DNA of 56,460 bases from an uncultured Candidatus Saccharibacteria bacterium (GTDB lineage: Bacteria; Patescibacteriota; Minisyncoccia; Portnoybacterales; UBA2143), in contig CAZKWY010000002.1 in assembly GCA_964556655.1 (NCBI GenBank), positions 1-56,460 of the forward strand, written 5' to 3'. A program made the position numbers and the translations under genes. This document shows, piece by piece, positions 53,713-56,460 of the stretch (its first letter is position 1; each line of letters begins with the position of its first letter). The notes beneath the pieces were generated by a model. It was not told the DNA's origin. It saw only the letters and a program-made list of their open reading frames with translations, and ran no database searches.

Positions 53713-56400
53713 TCAAAAATGACCTTTTTTAATAAACCAATATTTAGTCATTTCAATAAGAGAAAGATTAAAGATTCCTAGACCAAGGACTAAAATCCAG
53801 TCAAAAGAGTTTAAAGCAACCGTTCCCAAAAGAGATTGCAAAGGAGAAAGATAAATTGCTCCCACAAGCATTATTATGCCGAAAAACCAAGAGAACACCA
53901 GAAAGCGATTATTAAGAGGGTTGATACGCCAAATATTTCTACGCAGACTCTGACAGGAAAAGACATAGAATAAAGAATCGATGGCAAGACCGGCAAAGAT
54001 AATGGAGCGGATATGATCAATAGGATAGCCAGAGTATTTTAAAAGATAAGCGAAAAGCCCTAAAAGAAGAATATCTGTAATCAAGCCAATAATAAAAACT
54101 AGCGTCTTCATCTCTTTATTGAAGAGAGCAAGACTGTAATCTTTCGGTTTTTGCTTCATCGCTTTTTTTTCCTTTTTTGAAAAAGCGAGAGAAATACCCA
54201 TAGGCCCGTCTTCAATCAGGTTGGTCCAAAGTATTTGAGCGGCCAAAACAGGCAAAGGCCAGCCTAGCATTAAACTAACGCTGATCAGGATAACTGTAGT
54301 AAAGCTGTCCGACAAAAGATAAGTAATAGTTTTTCTGATATTGTCAATAATCGCCCTGCCTTCTTCTACCGCCGCTACAATCACATCAAAACGGTCGGTT
54401 AAAAGAACAAGATCAGAAACTTGCTGAGCGACATCAGTGCCCGAGCCCAAGGCTACGCCAATATCAGCTTGTTTTAGAGCTGGCGCGTCATTAATCCCAT
54501 CGCCTGTCATCGCTACAACCTCCTTTCTGCCCTGCCAGGCCTTAACAATCCTTAATTTCTGGGCTGGCTCCACTCGCGCGTAAATATCAATTTGCTTAAT
54601 TTTTTTTCTAAATTCTTTTTCCGACATTAAGGCAAGATCACGTCCCTCCAAAATATTTTCTTTTTTTATTTTAAAGCCAAGCTGACTAGCTACTGCCCGA
54701 GCTGTTAATTTATGATCGCCAGTGACAATAATCGGCCTCATCCCCGCCTGACGGCAAGTGTTAATAGCTTCTTTGGTTTTTTCTCTAATAGGATCGTGAA
54801 GGGCAAAAATCCCTGTCATTACCAAATTCTTGGAAAAAGTTTTTTCTTCTTTGATCTCCTTAGCGGAAGTTTCTTGATATGCTGCCGCCACTACTCTCAA
54901 TCCCTGGTTAGTAAGGTAGTCTATCTTTTCCTTTATCTTTTTATAATCAGACAAAAGAAGTTTTTCTTTTTTGCCGTCTTTGGCTAAAAAACCGGACATA
55001 TCAAGAAGCTTTTCCGGCGAACCAATCAGATAAAGAATATTTTTCTTTTCGTCTAAGCGGTGGAGGCTCGCGGCATACTTAAGAGAAGGATTAAAAAGCA
55101 ATTGGTCAATAATTGGCTCTTTTTCAATCAGCTCTTCTTTGGAAAAACCTGCCCGCAGACCAGCCCAAAAAAGAGCTCTCTCGGTAGGTCGTCCGCGCAC
55201 TGTCCATTCTTCCATTGGCTGACGAGGATTTTCTATAAAGGACTCGTTGCACGCAACCCCGATCTTTAATGCCAAAGATTCTGCCAATGTCATATCTCTC
55301 AAAGCCTGCTTGTCTTTAGAAGAAAAGAGGCGGTTGCCTTTGTCTCTTTTAGCCAAAAGGCTTTCTTTGCCAGCCGACAAATGAGCCACTCTCATTTTAG
55401 CCTCGGTTAAGGTGCCTGTTTTGTCTGTTAAAATAATAGAAGTGCTTCCCAAAGTTTCTGCAGAAGACAGTCTTCTTATCAGTCCCTTTTTTTTCAGAAC
55501 TCTCTGCATGCCTAAGGCCAATACTACTGTCATGGCCACTGGCAAGCCCTCTGGGATGGCCGCTACCGCTACGGCAATGGAGATGGTAAAAATTTCCACA
55601 AAACGACCGCCCGTTGCCATTCCCTCTAAAAAAATGCCCACTGAGATAAGAACAATAATAATCCCTACTATTCTGCTAAAACGAATTAATTTTCTTTGAT
55701 AAGGCGTTTTCTTCTCCTCTGTTTCGCTAATTGCTTCAGCAATCCCGCCTAATGCCGTTTTGATGCCTGTCTTAACAACTATCGCTTTGGCCCATCCTGA
55801 TTCAGCGACCGTTCCCAAATAGACCATATTATCTCGATCGGCCAAAGGAACTTCTTTTTTTAACACACCGCTTTTCTTTTTTGCCGCCAGCCACTCCCCG
55901 GTAAGAGCTGATTCATTCACACTTAGATTATGGCCTTCTATCAAGCGAGCGTCTGCCGGGATTTTATTGCCAGCTCTTAGAAAAACAACATCGCCTGGCA
56001 CTAAATCTTTCTGCAAGACTTCTTTTTCTTGACCGCTTCTTAGAACAACCGCCCTTACCTTTAAAACTCCCTTTAACTTGTCTAAAGCTTGATTGGCTTT
56101 CTTTTCTTGGAGATAACCTACCCCCGCGTTCAGCAAAACAGCACCGAAAATTACTATTGAGTCAGAATAGTCTTCCAAGAATAAAGTAATAATCCCGGCC
56201 ACCAAAAGAATATAAATAAGAGGACTTTTAATCTGGGCGAAAAGTATTTTTAATCTAGAAAAAGGCTTCTTTTTAGGAAGCCTATTAGGCCCAAATTTTT
56301 TAAGCCTTTGCTCGAATTCTTTTTGGCTTAATCCTTGAGAATCGGATTTTAATTCGCGATAAACATCCTTTAAGGGAAGACTATGCCAGTGTTTCTTCAT
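53713..56400 (-). CDS. P-type cation-transporting ATPase, Ca2+-ATPase (type IIA)-like
   Basis: TGE-type actuator region (LTGEW), PEGLPV in TM4, the phosphorylation site DKTGTLT, TGDHKLTA, and the hinge MTGDGINDAPAL. The start is moved to the ATG at 56400 (MKKHWHSLPL). Confidence 0.85.
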   Translation of the reverse strand: MKKHWHSLPLKDVYRELKSDSQGLSQKEFEQRLKKFGPNRLPKKKPFSRLKILFAQIKSPLIYILLVAGIITLFLEDYSDSIVIFGAVLLNAGVGYLQEKKANQALDKLKGVLKVRAVVLRSGQEKEVLQKDLVPGDVVFLRAGNKIPADARLIEGHNLSVNESALTGEWLAAKKKSGVLKKEVPLADRDNMVYLGTVAESGWAKAIVVKTGIKTALGGIAEAISETEEKKTPYQRKLIRFSRIVGIIIVLISVGIFLEGMATGGRFVEIFTISIAVAVAAIPEGLPVAMTVVLALGMQRVLKKKGLIRRLSSAETLGSTSIILTDKTGTLTEAKMRVAHLSAGKESLLAKRDKGNRLFSSKDKQALRDMTLAESLALKIGVACNESFIENPRQPMEEWTVRGRPTERALFWAGLRAGFSKEELIEKEPIIDQLLFNPSLKYAASLHRLDEKKNILYLIGSPEKLLDMSGFLAKDGKKEKLLLSDYKKIKEKIDYLTNQGLRVVAAAYQETSAKEIKEEKTFSKNLVMTGIFALHDPIREKTKEAINTCRQAGMRPIIVTGDHKLTARAVASQLGFKIKKENILEGRDLALMSEKEFRKKIKQIDIYARVEPAQKLRIVKAWQGRKEVVAMTGDGINDAPALKQADIGVALGSGTDVAQQVSDLVLLTDRFDVIVAAVEEGRAIIDNIRKTITYLLSDSFTTVILISVSLMLGWPLPVLAAQILWTNLIEDGPMGISLAFSKKEKKAMKQKPKDYSLALFNKEMKTLVFIIGLITDILLLGLFAYLLKYSGYPIDHIRSIIFAGLAIDSLFYVFSCQSLRRNIWRINPLNNRFLVFSWFFGIIMLVGAIYLSPLQSLLGTVALNSFDWILVLGLGIFNLSLIEMTKYWFIKKGHF

Positions 56401-56460
56401 ATTTATATCTGTAAGAATAGCTCGCGTTGTTAACACTTTTAGGATAAAGTATTAACAACA

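Overview
This is a compact, AT-rich window (roughly 35-38% GC by eye) with almost no spacers and many overlapping or abutting genes. The gene content and style suggest a small-genome, CPR/Patescibacteria-like bacterium; that assignment is an inference, not a search result. All function calls come from motifs I recognise in the translations, because no database search was possible.

Core content:
- Information processing: dnaG, rpoD, dnaB, recR, rmuC, a Xer-type recombinase, gltX, cysS, rplI, rpmA, rplU and tRNA-Lys(UUU).
- A division/cell-wall fragment: murG-ftsW-mraY plus a D-Ala-D-Ala carboxypeptidase.
- Chaperones: a grpE-hsp20-dnaK operon and an unlinked dnaJ.
- A Na+/Ca2+ exchanger next to a P-type Ca2+-ATPase, and corA.
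- Two envelope-glycan loci at 10.6-15.1 kb and 31.0-37.1 kb, with a Wzz-like gene at 41.6-42.2 kb.

Non-routine signals:
1. A four-gene secreted, LysM and lipoprotein module (37.17-41.44 kb) lies between the O-antigen-ligase-like gene and the Wzz-like gene. Its genes carry strong GGAGG ribosome-binding sites, which the housekeeping genes lack.
2. A family of nested palindromes built on GGAC(T/A)GTCC occurs next to the tRNA and on both sides of the first gene of that module.
3. A perfect 126-bp duplication of a LysM module lies inside the 571-aa protein.
4. A decayed corner at 0.86-1.84 kb holds a self-contained 55-aa gene and a GIY-YIG nuclease pseudogene.
5. A DUF2207-like gene is collapsed and frameshifted.
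6. The grpE and rmuC promoters look leaderless.

I found no CRISPR array, rRNA, transposase or recognisable defence system.
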